Numbered from the whole stretch's first letter, positions 38,094 to 48,716 are shown. The stretch is DNA of 63,999 nt, filler included, from an uncultured Gemmatimonadota bacterium (GCA_964576115.1; 4 parts of 4 records of this genome joined end to end with filler, not necessarily neighbours in it); one strand, 5' to 3'. The notes: generated from the sequence alone by a model not told the origin. Numbers and translations: made by a program.

Positions 38094-40120
38094 TCATCGC
38101 CGGGGCAGAATGTCGATCAGTATGACAGTCCCCGGTCGGACAGAAACCGTGAAATCGGCATACCGGCTCTCGCCGATCATGGATTCTGCAGCGTCTATCA
38201 CGATACCGGCGCTCATTTCTGACTCGCTGCCTGGATGACCTGCGAGCCCACCTCCGGCACGTCTGCCCGATCTGCCGTGCGACCCGACTCCGGACTCCTT
38301 CCAGGATATTTCCCCCTTGCCCCCTTCGATAACACGTACACCGGTCAGACACCGCCCCGCGGGCAGGAGTACGTGACAGTCAGCTTCGGCTTCACCGGCG
38401 GTCACTTCCAGCACGATCGTCTCCTCATGCCCACGCGCTGCCCGGTCATCCCCGCTGTCCGACCCGGTTTCCGCTCCCCTCTCGGCATCCGCCGCCGCAT
38501 CCCCTATCGTCTCTTCACCGGCCCGTGTTCCCTTTTCTGCACCTGTCTTGCCCCGAACGGATTCGCTCTCGATCCGCCACCGGTAGCCGATCGCCGCTCC
38601 CGAGGCGGGATAGGCCAGCCGGACATCGGCCTCGTTCACCCCGGCCGCGGGCCAGCGGGGGGCCAGACGGAGTCGGCGGAAACAGGCACCGGTATCAACC
38701 ACCCCCGCCAGTCCCTCGACCAGAGCCCAGAGCATGGCGCTCGNNNNNNNNNNNNNNNNNNNNNNNNNNNNNNNNNNNNNNNNNNNNNNNNNNNNNNNNN
38801 NNNNNNNNNNNNNNNNNNNNNNNNNNNNNNNNNNNNNNNNNNNCCGGTATCAACCACCCCCGCCAGTCCCTCGACCAGAGCCCAGAGCATGGCGCTCGAA
38901 CCCCAGCCGTCGGTCGGTCGGGCCTCGGGGCTGGTGCTCGTCTCGACCGATGACGGTGTGCCGTTGGGGAAATACCAGAGGAAGGTCTCGCCCCTTTCGG
39001 CGATCAGGCGGGCATAGCGACGCAGGATATCCACGCCGTATTCTTCGCAGCCGTACTCGAAGGCGGCCCGGGCCAGTTCCCCCCCCACCAGGGGCATGAT
39101 CCCCCCGTTCACATAGGCTCCCGCGACGAGTTTGTCGTCACCGTAGATGCCGTCGGGAAAAGGCGGATCGATCGAGAACCACTCGGCGAAAGCCCCGGTC
39201 GTCTCGCGCCGGTGACTGTATTCGGCGATGATCGCCGCAGCCTGTTCGGCATCGGCCGCCCCGCGGTTGATCGCCATGGGGTTGCTGAGGCTGAGCTGTT
39301 CGGCCTCATCGACCCCCTCGATCTCGACCGGCGTGAGCTTGACGAAGTGGGTGTAGAAGCGACCGTTGAAGCACACCTCGTTCATCCGCGCGCGCAGATC
39401 GGAGGCCCGCCGGGCCCACGCGGCCGCTTTGGCACCGCTGCCGAGATGGTCGTAGAGCTGGGCGATCAGCCGGAACGCCTCGACGTAGCCGGAATTGTCG
39501 CCGTGCATGATGCCCCAGAAGGTGTCGTCGGTGATCTGGAACTGCAGCCACTCGTGCCGGCCGGCGGTATAAGCGAAGTCCCAGGTGTCGATGGTGTAGG
39601 CCCGCTTCACGAGGTCGAGATCTGACTCCCAGTACCAGGGGTGGGTCAGGATATAGTGCAGAGCCCGCTCGGCGTGCGGGAGCATGGCCGCCAGCCACCC
39701 GTCATCGCCGGTGGCCTGCCAGGCCAGCCAGAGAGCCTTGACGAAACGGTACTCGACATCGGCCTCGACCGGTACGCGCACGTACTTGGTCCAGTTTTCG
39801 CGCTCGCAGGGCAGCTTTTCGGGCCAGGTCGTGACGTAGTCGAAAATACGTCCCGAAGCAGCCTGGGTGTGGGCAAAGTGCTCGACCGCACTGGTCACGT
39901 CGGGCACGAACCAGCGGCCGGCCCGGAGCATGTCGGAATGATCGCGGATCCAGAGCGAATGCGTATCGGGCGTGCGGAAGCCGCTTACCCGGCGGCCGTC
40001 CAGGTTCATCTCCACGACATCGGCATCCAGAAATGAACGAACAAGGGGCAGCAGAACATCGAGCTCGGTATCACCGCACCGGATCGTTACTTCGTGCTCC
40101 GGATTCTCGCTTGCCGCCAT
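38094..40120 (-). CDS. Six-hairpin glycosidase-like protein (one gene artificially split by a scaffold gap)
   Basis: The 55 bp on either side of the 100-N gap are identical. Removing 155 bp joins ORFs 38636-40126 and 38094-38735 in frame (623 aa). Motifs 'WIRDH', 'YVNGGIMPLVGGELA' and 'GLAGVVD..LAPRW'. Confidence 0.7.
38744..38843. other. 100-N scaffold gap with 55-bp duplicated flanks (assembly artifact)
   Basis: 38689-38743 is identical to 38844-38898. Confidence 0.95.
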
Positions 40121-40183
40121 GATCACGCTCCCGTGCAGCGTTCGACCAGAAGGTATCCTGCTACTGTGATTATGCTCCTGCGC

Positions 40184-40283
40184 NNNNNNNNNNNNNNNNN
40201 NNNNNNNNNNNNNNNNNNNNNNNNNNNTTAATTAATTAANNNNNNNNNNNNNNNNNNNNNNNNNNNNNNNNNNNNNNNNNNNN
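40184..40283. other. Artificial contig linker
   Basis: N44-TTAATTAATTAA-N44. Confidence 0.98.
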
Positions 40284-40330
40284 ACAGACAGACAAATAGA
40301 CAGTCAGACAGACAGAAAAAATAGACAGAC
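40284..40330. repeat. Degenerate (ACAG)n microsatellite at the contig edge
   Basis: ACAGACAGACAAATAGACAGTCAGACAGACAG... Confidence 0.7.
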
Positions 40331-40392
40331 GGTCCCACGGGCGATATGGGTCTTGTCGGGTGAGATGTCTGCCGCTTGGGGTGGTGAGTGTA

Positions 40393-40731
40393 TCAGTACT
40401 GCTTTTCGTTGCGGGCGATCAGTTCGTAGAGTCCCCAGAAAGCGAAGATCCAGACCAGGGCGGCAAAGTAGAGCTGGATCATGGTATTGGTTGGGGCATC
40501 GTACAGGAGACCGGACGCGGCTGGCAGGGCTGCCAGAATCACAAAGAGAATGTACCGCCATACACCTCGGGCGTGAATTGCCCCCCAGACCAGAGAGGCC
40601 CAGAGCAGGGTGCCGAGATAGATCAGGCCGACTTCGTTGCTCCCGGCATCCAGAAAGTAGGCGATCAGAGCGGGAACGAGCGAGATGACGAAGAACAGCA
40701 GGTAACCGATGAACCGCTTCAGTGCCTTCAC
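40393..40731 (-). CDS. Small integral membrane hypothetical protein (about 4 TM)
   Basis: GTG 40731 follows GGAGG. 112 aa, almost entirely hydrophobic helices. Confidence 0.7.
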   Translation of the reverse strand: MKALKRFIGYLLFFVISLVPALIAYFLDAGSNEVGLIYLGTLLWASLVWGAIHARGVWRYILFVILAALPAASGLLYDAPTNTMIQLYFAALVWIFAFWGLYELIARNEKQY

Positions 40732-40884
40732 GCTGCGGAACCTCCGTAAGAGACGGTTCTCAATTCGTGTGTTGTGCCGACCCTGCGGGCTCGGGCACAA
40801 TAGCTTTGAGCCTGCAGGGAGTCAACGAAAAGCTTCTCTCCTCCGCTGGAATGCACCCGGCGGAGTGCTGACGGGGTGTGCCAC

Positions 40885-41628
40885 GTGCCGGACGTGACTC
40901 TGAAAATCGAGCTGGAGTATGACGGATCGGCTTATCACGGCTGGCAGATCCAGCCGGAAGGACCGACCGTCCAAGCCGAACTCGAACAGGCTTTCACGGT
41001 CCTGCTGCGCACACCGATCGTGGTCGTGGGGCAGGGGCGAACCGACGCCGGGGTGCATGCCGAGGCCCAGGTTGCCCATGTCGTTCTGCCCACCGACTGG
41101 CCCGATCTCGATGACCTGCAGCGGCGTCTGAATGGACTGCTGGGACGGACCTGTGCCGTGACGGCGCTGTCCCGGGTGCCGGACGGTTTCCACGCCCGCT
41201 ACGATGCCCTCGAACGGCGTTATCGCTACCAGATCGTCCGGGTCCCGTCTCCTCTCAGACGTACGACTCACTGGTACGTTCATGGTCCTCTCGATCTGAA
41301 AATCGTCCGGCAGGCTGTCACCCTGTGCAGAGGCGAGCACGACTTCGGCGCCTTCTGCACCCACAGCCGGGAAATGGATCATACCCGCTGTACCGTCACC
41401 TCCTTCATCTTGGAAGAGACAGAGACCGAGCTTACCTTGCGTGTTGCCGCCAATCGGTTCCTGCACAATATGGTCAGGCGACTGGTCGGCGAGATGATCG
41501 GTCTGGCCCGGGGGAAACGAGCGCTGGAATTTTTCCAGGAACGACTCGAGAATCCCGTTTCAGCCGAAAACGGACTCACGGCACCGCCCCACGGACTTTT
41601 TCTGGAGGCGGTCATTTACCCGGAATGA
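40885..41628 (+). CDS. truA: tRNA pseudouridine(38-40) synthase
   Basis: '[11 protein letters not shown]', 'GRTDAGVHA', 'FHARY', 'FLHNMVR' and 'TAPPHGLFL'. The start is approximate. Confidence 0.97.
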   Translation: MPDVTLKIELEYDGSAYHGWQIQPEGPTVQAELEQAFTVLLRTPIVVVGQGRTDAGVHAEAQVAHVVLPTDWPDLDDLQRRLNGLLGRTCAVTALSRVPDGFHARYDALERRYRYQIVRVPSPLRRTTHWYVHGPLDLKIVRQAVTLCRGEHDFGAFCTHSREMDHTRCTVTSFILEETETELTLRVAANRFLHNMVRRLVGEMIGLARGKRALEFFQERLENPVSAENGLTAPPHGLFLEAVIYPE

Positions 41629-41638
41629 GGCTGCCTCG

Positions 41639-42307
41639 ATGAAGTTCTTTCTCGACACTGCAAATATTGAACAGATCAAGGAAGCCGCCGCGCTGGGTGT
41701 GCTCGATGGAGTGACCACCAATCCTTCCCTGGTGGCCAAAGAAGGTCGCGAGCACCACGATCTGTTACGAGAAATCTGCACGATTGTGGATGGTCCGGTC
41801 TCGGCCGAAGTGCTGGCTCTCGAGCACGACGAGATGGTCGCCGAGGCCCGCATCCTGGCTGCCGTCCACGACAATATTGTCGTCAAGCTTCCGACTGTCC
41901 CCGAGGGTCTCAAGGCCTGCAAGACCGTGAGCGCCGAGGGTGTCGCGGTCAATATGACCCTGATCTTCAACCCGGTGCAGGGCCTGATGTGCGCCAAGGC
42001 CGGGGCTGCGTATGTCAGCCCGTTTCTCGGCCGGCTCGATGACATTCAGCACGATGGTATGGAGCTGGTCCACCAGCTGGTCACGATCATGCGCAACTAC
42101 GGTTTCCCCACCCAGGTCCTGGCGGCCAGCATCCGTAACCCCCTGCACGTGGTCGATGCCGCCATGCTCGGTGCCGACGTCATCACCATCCCGCACGCGG
42201 TCATGATGAAGCTCATCAAACATCCCCTGACTGATATCGGTCTGGAGCGTTTCCTGGCCGATGCCCGGGCCGCCATGGCCGAGCTCGAAAAAGCAGGGAA
42301 CAGCTAG
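41639..42307 (+). CDS. tal: Transaldolase (short TalC/FSA family)
   Basis: 'MKFFLDTAN', 'GVTTNPSL', Schiff-base 'VVKLP', and 'SPFLGRLDD' (Phe here indicates transaldolase rather than FSA). Confidence 0.92.
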   Translation: MKFFLDTANIEQIKEAAALGVLDGVTTNPSLVAKEGREHHDLLREICTIVDGPVSAEVLALEHDEMVAEARILAAVHDNIVVKLPTVPEGLKACKTVSAEGVAVNMTLIFNPVQGLMCAKAGAAYVSPFLGRLDDIQHDGMELVHQLVTIMRNYGFPTQVLAASIRNPLHVVDAAMLGADVITIPHAVMMKLIKHPLTDIGLERFLADARAAMAELEKAGNS

Positions 42308-42330
42308 GGGTCGGAGGAGTGGTGAGAAGT

Positions 42331-43650
42331 ATGAAACGGACATTGTTCTCATGGGTTATCAGCGTGACCGCCGGAATCATCGTCGGCGGGGCCGGTGGTT
42401 TTCTGGCCCTGACACTTGTCAACGGCGGTGATGCCACCGCCGACAGCAATCCGGACGGCGGGGGTGGGGCGGTCGGGACGAGGCCTGGGATCGAGAGTGT
42501 CGGAGACCCGGTCGAGTCAGCCAATGGAGCGGCCGGGGGTGGATACGGAACGGGAACCAGCGGGGAACGATACCGCTCGGCGGCCTTTGAACAGGAACTC
42601 CGAAATGCGGTCAACGAAGTCCTCGGCGATCAGCGCCGGACCGCCATCGTTACCGCCACCGAGCGCGTGCGCCCAGCTGTGGTGACGGTCTTCGTGGTCG
42701 AGCGTCAACGCCGGCGCGGCATTTTCGACGATCTCTGGGCAGACTTCTTCGGCAGCCAGATCCCAGGTCAGGTGTACGAAAACCGGGGGCTGGGATCGGG
42801 CGTGATCGTGACCGACGACGGATACGTTGTGACCAACGACCACGTGGTCGGCTCGGCCGATGAGATCACGGTCCGACTGACGGACGGACGCGAATTCACC
42901 GGTGTGGTCGTGGATTCGGATCCCCGGCAGGATCTGGCGGTCATCAAAATCGATCCGCCTGAAAACCTGCCGGTGGCCGAGCTGGGCGATTCGGCGGACA
43001 TCATGATCGGAGAATGGATCATCGCTCTGGGCAGTCCCTTCGGGTTCCTGCTGCAGGATCCCCAGCCCAGCGTGTCGGTCGGTGTGGTCAGTGCGGTGGG
43101 CCGCTCCTTCATGACCCCGGGCGAGAACGGCACGCGCTATTTCCCCTCGACCATCCAGACCGATGCCGCCATCAATCCCGGAAATTCGGGCGGGCCGCTG
43201 GTCAACGTGCTGGGCGAGGTGGTCGGGATAAATTCCTTCATTCTCAGCCAGAGCGGCGGATCGGTCGGGATCGGTTTCGCCATCCCGATCAACCAGGTCC
43301 ACGAGGCGCTCGATCAGATCCGCACGATCGGGTATATCCGCAAGCCCTGGTACGGCTTCGAGACCGACGATAATTCCTACGCCTACGTCGCCCGGTACAA
43401 TGTGGAGAACGAGCGTGGGGCGGTGGTGGTCCGGGTCGATGACGATTCGAACGCCGAACGTCTGGGTATCAAACCGGGTTCGCTCATCGTCGGCATCAAT
43501 GGCGAGCGCGTCGAGGGCAATCAGGACCTGGAGGCGGTTCTGCTCATGACGGCCATCGGCGAGACTGTCAGTCTCGAATACTATCCCTATGGATCATCGC
43601 GCAAGCGCACCGTCGAACTCACCATCGAGGAGCGGCCCCGCGGCCGCTGA
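42331..43650 (+). CDS. HtrA/DegP-family serine protease with one PDZ domain
   Basis: N-terminal TM, triad motifs 'TNDHV', 'DLAVIK' and 'INPGNSGGPL', and a C-terminal PDZ. Confidence 0.95.
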   Translation: MKRTLFSWVISVTAGIIVGGAGGFLALTLVNGGDATADSNPDGGGGAVGTRPGIESVGDPVESANGAAGGGYGTGTSGERYRSAAFEQELRNAVNEVLGDQRRTAIVTATERVRPAVVTVFVVERQRRRGIFDDLWADFFGSQIPGQVYENRGLGSGVIVTDDGYVVTNDHVVGSADEITVRLTDGREFTGVVVDSDPRQDLAVIKIDPPENLPVAELGDSADIMIGEWIIALGSPFGFLLQDPQPSVSVGVVSAVGRSFMTPGENGTRYFPSTIQTDAAINPGNSGGPLVNVLGEVVGINSFILSQSGGSVGIGFAIPINQVHEALDQIRTIGYIRKPWYGFETDDNSYAYVARYNVENERGAVVVRVDDDSNAERLGIKPGSLIVGINGERVEGNQDLEAVLLMTAIGETVSLEYYPYGSSRKRTVELTIEERPRGR

Positions 43651-43667
43651 AGCGGAAGGCGACCGGC

Positions 43668-44966
43668 ATGATCGAGCGCTATACCCGGCCCGAGATGGGG
43701 CGGATCTGGAGCGAGCAGCACAAGTTCGAGACCTGGCTCGAGGTCGAGATCACGGCCTGTGAGGCCCAGCGCGATCTGGGCCGCATCCCCGCCGAAGCGG
43801 TCGAGGTCATCAAGGGAAAGGCCACTTTTTCGATCGACCGTATTCTCGAGATCGAGGCCGAAACGCGTCACGATGTGATTGCCTTTTTAACCGCGGTAGC
43901 CGAGAACGTGGGACCCGAGGGACGGTACCTGCATCTCGGTATGACCTCTTACGACATGTCCGACACCGCTCTGGGGCTGCGCCTGCGCGAAGCGGGCGAG
44001 GTGCTGCTGGCCGGGCTCGACGGCGTACGTGAGGCTATCGGCAAACGCGCCGTGGAGCACCGCGACACACCCTGTATCGGACGCACCCACGGGGTGCATG
44101 CCGAGCCGATCACCTTCGGGCTGAAGCTGGCCGTCTGGTACGATGAATTGCGCCGCCATCGCGAGCGGCTCGTCGAGGCCATCCACGGCGTGGCGGTGGG
44201 CAAGATCTCCGGTTCTGTGGGTACCTTCGCCCACCTGGCTCCCGAGGTCGAGACGGCTGTCTGCGCCGCCCTCGATCTTCAGCCGGCGCCGGCCAGCAAC
44301 CAGATTCTGCAGCGCGACCGGCACGCGCATTTCATTTCGGTCCTGGCCGGCATCGGGGCCACCCTGGGCAAGATCACGACCGAGATCCGCAACCTGCAGA
44401 GGACCGAGATACGTGAGGTCGAGGAGGGCTTCCGGGCGGGGCAGAAGGGTTCCTCCTCGATGCCGCACAAGCGCAATCCAATCATCTGCGAGCGTATCAC
44501 CGGTATGGCCCGGCTGCTGCGGGGCTGGGCCTCGGCGGCGCTGGAGAACGTCGAACTCTGGCACGAACGAGACATCACCAACAGCGCCCCCGAACGGGTC
44601 ATTCTGCCCGATGCCTGTATCACGCTCGATTACATGATGTTCAAATTGACCGATGTCGTCGCCAACCTGGTCGTGCGTCCCGATCGGATGATGGCCAATC
44701 TCGAATCGACCGGGGGGCTGGTCTTTTCCCAGAAGGTGCTCACTGCGCTGGTTGAAAGCGGCATGAAGCGCGAGGAGGCCTATGCCGCGGTGCAGGAAAA
44801 CGCCATGGCGGCCTGGGAAGAGGGGGGGCCTACTTTCCGGGAGCGGATCGCGGCCGATGAGCGGGTCCGGGGGACAATCGATGCCGACGTTCTCGAAGCC
44901 TGCTTCGACGTGACCGCCCAGCTGGTCCATATTCCCGAGATCTTCAAACGCGTCGGACTTGAGTAA
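43668..44966 (+). CDS. purB: Adenylosuccinate lyase
   Basis: 'MIERY', 'TRHDV', 'GRTHGVHAEP' and 'GSSSMPHKRNP'. Confidence 0.98.
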   Translation: MIERYTRPEMGRIWSEQHKFETWLEVEITACEAQRDLGRIPAEAVEVIKGKATFSIDRILEIEAETRHDVIAFLTAVAENVGPEGRYLHLGMTSYDMSDTALGLRLREAGEVLLAGLDGVREAIGKRAVEHRDTPCIGRTHGVHAEPITFGLKLAVWYDELRRHRERLVEAIHGVAVGKISGSVGTFAHLAPEVETAVCAALDLQPAPASNQILQRDRHAHFISVLAGIGATLGKITTEIRNLQRTEIREVEEGFRAGQKGSSSMPHKRNPIICERITGMARLLRGWASAALENVELWHERDITNSAPERVILPDACITLDYMMFKLTDVVANLVVRPDRMMANLESTGGLVFSQKVLTALVESGMKREEAYAAVQENAMAAWEEGGPTFRERIAADERVRGTIDADVLEACFDVTAQLVHIPEIFKRVGLE

Positions 44967-45058
44967 GGACAGCACATCGAGCCTTGAGTGAGGACAGCAC
45001 ATTGGGGCTTGAGTAAGGACAGTACACAGTACATCAAGGCTTGAGTGAGGATAGCACA
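44958..45058. repeat. 25-bp tandem repeat, 4 copies, seeded on the purB stop codon
   Basis: CTTGAGTRAGGAYAGYACA at 44958, 44983, 45008 and 45040. The third unit carries a 7-nt internal duplication. Confidence 0.92.
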
Positions 45059-45072
45059 GAGGAGGGCCGAGG

Positions 45073-45717
45073 GTGCGCATCGCACGGGGTGGAGGCGTCA
45101 TCGTGGCGCTGGCCGTTGCTGTGGGTGCCGGTGGGCTGATCCTCTTCCTGTACACTGCCGCACCGCCCGCCTGGCCGGCTCTGCTCTTTCTACTCGTTCC
45201 GCTGACAGCGCTCTTTTTCTTTCGCGACCCCGAGCGCGAGCCGGACAGGTCGATCGCGCCCGGGACGGCTCTGGCTCCGGCCGACGGGCGCGTTCTCGTC
45301 TTCGACCGTGAAGAGGGGGCCTGGACCGTCCAGATCTACCTGACTCTGTTCGACGTGCATGTCGTACGCCTGCCGCTTGCGGCCCAGGTCGAGTCCTGCC
45401 GCCGGAGCGGGCGGGGTTACCGGTCGGCCCGTACCCCGGCGGCCCGGGCCAACCATCGTCTGTCCTGCGTCTGTTCGGGTTCTGCGGGGGTGTTCGAAGT
45501 CGATCTCGTCGCGGGGTTGATGGCCAGGCGGATCGTTCCCTATCTTGCGCCGGGAGAAAGTGCCGAGCGGGGCGGGCGGCTCGGCCTGATCCGGTTCGGC
45601 AGTCGAGTGGAGTGCCGTCTGCCGGCCGGGTACCGGCCTCTCTGTCAGCCGGGGGACCGGATCCGGGCCGGGAGAACACCGCTGGCCGAACCGGCGGCGG
45701 ATCCGAGCGAAGCGTAA
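45073..45717 (+). CDS. psd: Phosphatidylserine decarboxylase proenzyme (short type)
   Basis: 'FFFRDPER', 'APADG', 'FDVHV', 'AGLMARRI' and the cleavage motif 'IRFGSRV'. Confidence 0.9.
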   Translation: MRIARGGGVIVALAVAVGAGGLILFLYTAAPPAWPALLFLLVPLTALFFFRDPEREPDRSIAPGTALAPADGRVLVFDREEGAWTVQIYLTLFDVHVVRLPLAAQVESCRRSGRGYRSARTPAARANHRLSCVCSGSAGVFEVDLVAGLMARRIVPYLAPGESAERGGRLGLIRFGSRVECRLPAGYRPLCQPGDRIRAGRTPLAEPAADPSEA

Positions 45718-45725
45718 GGGGAGCG

Positions 45726-46472
45726 ATGCTGCCGACCCTGCTGACCATCGGCAATCTGATTCTGGGTTTCAGTGCGATCATCGTCATCATTCAGCCCGCG
45801 GCGGTCGGCTTTACCGTTGCGCCGCTCGAGCTGGCGGTCTGGCTGATCGTGGCGGCCGGGATTCTGGATGCCATCGACGGACCGCTGGCCCGGCGGGGAA
45901 AGAGCCGCGTGACACCGTGGGGCGCCGAACTGGATGCCCTGGCAGACGTGATCTCGTTCGGAGTGGCTCCGGCGGTGGTGATCGGTACCGCCGCTCCCGA
46001 GGGGTGGCAGGGCGCTGTGATTGTCGCGGGGATCGTTTTCGTGCTGGCAGGCACGTGGCGTCTGGCTCGCTTTCTGTGGGCCGGCGCTACCGCCCGGGAA
46101 GGTCGCTTCAGCGGTCTGCCGAGTACGGCCGCCGGACTGGCGGTGGTCGCGTTCTGGCTTTTCGAATACGACCGCCTGGGGGGACTCACCCACATCGGGA
46201 TCGCGACCGCAGGCATGATCGTGCTGGCACTGCTCATGGTCAGCCGGATCGCGTACGAAAAATTCCCGGAACTGGGTGAGGGGGGAACCCGCAACAGAGT
46301 AAAATGGGTGGTGACGGCGGTGGCCGTTATCGCGATCGCTCTCGATCCGCCCCGGGCGGGACTGGCGGTCGTGCTGCTTTACCTCGCCCACGGTCCGCTG
46401 GCGGTGCTCATTCGACGGCGCCGGACCGCCGGGTTCGACCGGGGATCGGAAGGAGATGCCGGGGGTGGCTAA
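45726..46472 (+). CDS. pssA: CDP-diacylglycerol--serine O-phosphatidyltransferase
   Basis: CDP-alcohol phosphotransferase motif 'DAIDGPLAR..GAELDALADVISFGVAP', plus 'RLARF' and 'FSGLPS'. Adjacent to psd. Confidence 0.9.
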   Translation: MLPTLLTIGNLILGFSAIIVIIQPAAVGFTVAPLELAVWLIVAAGILDAIDGPLARRGKSRVTPWGAELDALADVISFGVAPAVVIGTAAPEGWQGAVIVAGIVFVLAGTWRLARFLWAGATAREGRFSGLPSTAAGLAVVAFWLFEYDRLGGLTHIGIATAGMIVLALLMVSRIAYEKFPELGEGGTRNRVKWVVTAVAVIAIALDPPRAGLAVVLLYLAHGPLAVLIRRRRTAGFDRGSEGDAGGG

Positions 46473-46476
46473 CATA

Positions 46477-46740
46477 ATGCGCAATCGCAAACTGGGAGTG
46501 CTCTTTCTCTGGCTGGTCTGCGGAGCGGTGATCGGGAGTCTGCTGGGACAGCTTCTCGGTCTCATTCTGCCGCCCGGAGTCGTGAAGGATTTCTTTCTTG
46601 CCGGTACTGACCTCGGTTTCGGACCGACCACGATCGACCTGGCGGTGCTGACCTTTACTCTCGGATTCACTCTCACTATCAATGTCATGGGAGTTCTTGG
46701 TATTCTTTTCGCAGCCTATTATTTCAGGTGGTTCCGCTGA
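46477..46740 (+). CDS. Small membrane protein (DUF4321-like)
   Basis: 87 aa with 'GAVIGSLLG..TIDLAVLTFTLGFTLTINVMGVLG'. Confidence 0.65.
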   Translation: MRNRKLGVLFLWLVCGAVIGSLLGQLLGLILPPGVVKDFFLAGTDLGFGPTTIDLAVLTFTLGFTLTINVMGVLGILFAAYYFRWFR

Positions 46741-46806
46741 CAGACGGGATCGCGGACAGGGAACCGTCGGGTGCGCAAGAAATCCGGCGGTTCAGGGAGG
46801 AGCGAC

Positions 46807-47253
46807 ATGGGGGGCATAGGTTCCCAGGAACTGCTGATCATCATTCTCATCGGCCTGATATTCTTCGGTGCCAAGCGCTTGCCTGAGATCGCCCGGGGTA
46901 TCGGAAAGGGGATGTCGGAGTTCAAGAAAGCGGCCCGCGATATCCAGACCGAGATCAACCGCGAAGTGGACTTCGCCGGGAAGCTGCTCGATGATTCTCC
47001 ACCTCAACCGCCGGCCTCGCCTGAAATGACCGATCCCGCCTGGGAGAGCCCCTATCCGGGTGAACCGACACCGCCCGCGGCCGGTGAACCGACACCCACT
47101 GCGGCCGATGAACCGACACCGCCCGCGGCGGGTGAACCGTCACCACCTGAGGTTGGTGAACCGACGTCGACGGCGACCGGTGCCCGGGAGCCGGAGACCG
47201 GTAACCGGTTAGACGACGGACCGGAAGGAGAGCCGGAAGCGGACCGGGCATGA
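46807..47253 (+). CDS. tatA: Twin-arginine translocase TatA/E subunit
   Basis: 'ELLIIILIGLIFFGAKRLPEIARGIGKGMSEFKKA', with a Pro-rich tail of 24-bp repeats (GEPTPPAA, about 5 copies). Confidence 0.93.
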   Translation: MGGIGSQELLIIILIGLIFFGAKRLPEIARGIGKGMSEFKKAARDIQTEINREVDFAGKLLDDSPPQPPASPEMTDPAWESPYPGEPTPPAAGEPTPTAADEPTPPAAGEPSPPEVGEPTSTATGAREPETGNRLDDGPEGEPEADRA

Positions 47254-48716
47254 CCGGTACGTCCCGGATCGATCTCCCGCGGCCCGGGCTCGAAGAGACA
47301 GGTGACGCAATTTCCCGGGGCGAGCGTACCGCCGGGGACAACTGCGAGGACAGCCTCGAACGCATTGCATCGTACGATTCCCAACTCAATGCCTTCATCA
47401 CGGTTGCCGCCGGGAGCGCCCGGTCGGCCGCCGCAGACATCGACGCCCGGCCGGCCCTGGATCGCGGGAGCCTGCCCCTGGCCGGAGTTTGTCTCGGGAT
47501 CAAAGACAATCTGGTTGGCTCGCTCGGGGAGGTGCCGACGACGGCCGGGTCGCGGATTCTGAGCACCTGGATCCCGCCGGCCGGGTATGAAGCAACCTGT
47601 GTCGAGCGCCTGCACCGGGCCGGGGCGGTCATTATCGGCAAGACCAACTGTGATGAGTTCGGGATGGGCTCGAGCGGGGAGTACAGCGCTTTCGGTGCCA
47701 CCCGCAATCCCCGCGACCTGGGTCGCGTGCCGGGGGGGTCGAGCAGCGGCAGTGCGGCGGCGGTCGCGGCCGGGCTCGTCGACGCGGCTCTGGGCACCGA
47801 TACCGGCGGCTCGATCCGCCAACCGGCCGCTCTGACCGGAACGGTCGGGCTCAAACCCACCTGGGGGCGCGTCAGTCGCTGGGGTCTGGTGGCCTATGCC
47901 TCGAGTTTCGATTCGATCGGACCGATTACCCGGACCGTGCGCGGGGCCGCCCTCCTGCTCGGAGTGATCGCGGGTCAGGACACGCGCGATGCGACGTCTT
48001 CCTCTCAACCCGTTCCCGATTATCTGGCCGATATCGAAGCGGATGTCGAGGGATTCGTCGTCGCCCGGCTGTCGGCCGGGAACGGAACGGCGATTCAGCC
48101 CGCGATCTCGGCCGGTGTGCAGCAGGCTGCCGATCTGCTTGCCGGGGCCGGGGCCCGGGTCGAACACCGTCCGGATCCGGTGCCGCACGAGGCGATTGCC
48201 GCCTACTATCTGATCGCAACCTCAGAAGCGGCCAGTAATCTGGCCCGATACGACGGTCTGCGCTATGGCTCCGCGGTCCGTCTCGAAAGCAGCCTGACCG
48301 AGCGCGTGGCCGCCACCCGCGGAACCGGCTTCGGTCCCGAAGTCAGGCGGCGGATCGTTCTGGGGACTTTCGCCCTTTCGCGGGGCTATGCCGAACAGTA
48401 CTACCGGCGTGCGGTCCGGTTGCGGGCGCGGGTGGGGGCGGCCTGGTCCGAGCTCTTCGAGAGTGCCGATCTGGTCCTGATGCCGACCACTCCCACCACC
48501 GCCTGGCCCCTGGGCGAAAAGCTGTCCGATCCGGTGGCGATGTACCTCAGCGATCGGTTTACGATCCCCGTCAATCTGGCCGGACTGCCGGCCATTTCGG
48601 TGCCGATCGGAGAAGATGAGAACGGTCTGCCGGTGGGGGTTCAGCTGGTGGCGCCGCCCTTCGCCGAGAAACGGTTGTTGAGAGCGGCCCGGGCGATCGA
48701 GCGGGGGTGTGCGTGA
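47250..48716 (+). CDS. gatA: Asp/Glu-tRNA amidotransferase subunit A
   Basis: Amidase signature 'KDN', 'GKTNCDEFGMGSS', 'PGGSSSGSA', 'DTGGSIRQPA', and GatA-specific 'SNLARYDGLRYG' and 'GFGPEVRRRI'. Confidence 0.96.
   Translation: MTGTSRIDLPRPGLEETGDAISRGERTAGDNCEDSLERIASYDSQLNAFITVAAGSARSAAADIDARPALDRGSLPLAGVCLGIKDNLVGSLGEVPTTAGSRILSTWIPPAGYEATCVERLHRAGAVIIGKTNCDEFGMGSSGEYSAFGATRNPRDLGRVPGGSSSGSAAAVAAGLVDAALGTDTGGSIRQPAALTGTVGLKPTWGRVSRWGLVAYASSFDSIGPITRTVRGAALLLGVIAGQDTRDATSSSQPVPDYLADIEADVEGFVVARLSAGNGTAIQPAISAGVQQAADLLAGAGARVEHRPDPVPHEAIAAYYLIATSEAASNLARYDGLRYGSAVRLESSLTERVAATRGTGFGPEVRRRIVLGTFALSRGYAEQYYRRAVRLRARVGAAWSELFESADLVLMPTTPTTAWPLGEKLSDPVAMYLSDRFTIPVNLAGLPAISVPIGEDENGLPVGVQLVAPPFAEKRLLRAARAIERGCA

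Noticed and set aside
38636-38843. Frameshift or pseudogene in the six-hairpin glycosidase
   Set aside because: It is fully explained by the 100-N gap plus the 55-bp duplicated overlap.
44958-45058. Possible mini-CRISPR array
   Set aside because: The variable parts are only about 6 nt and related to each other, the unit derives from the purB 3' end, and there are no cas genes.
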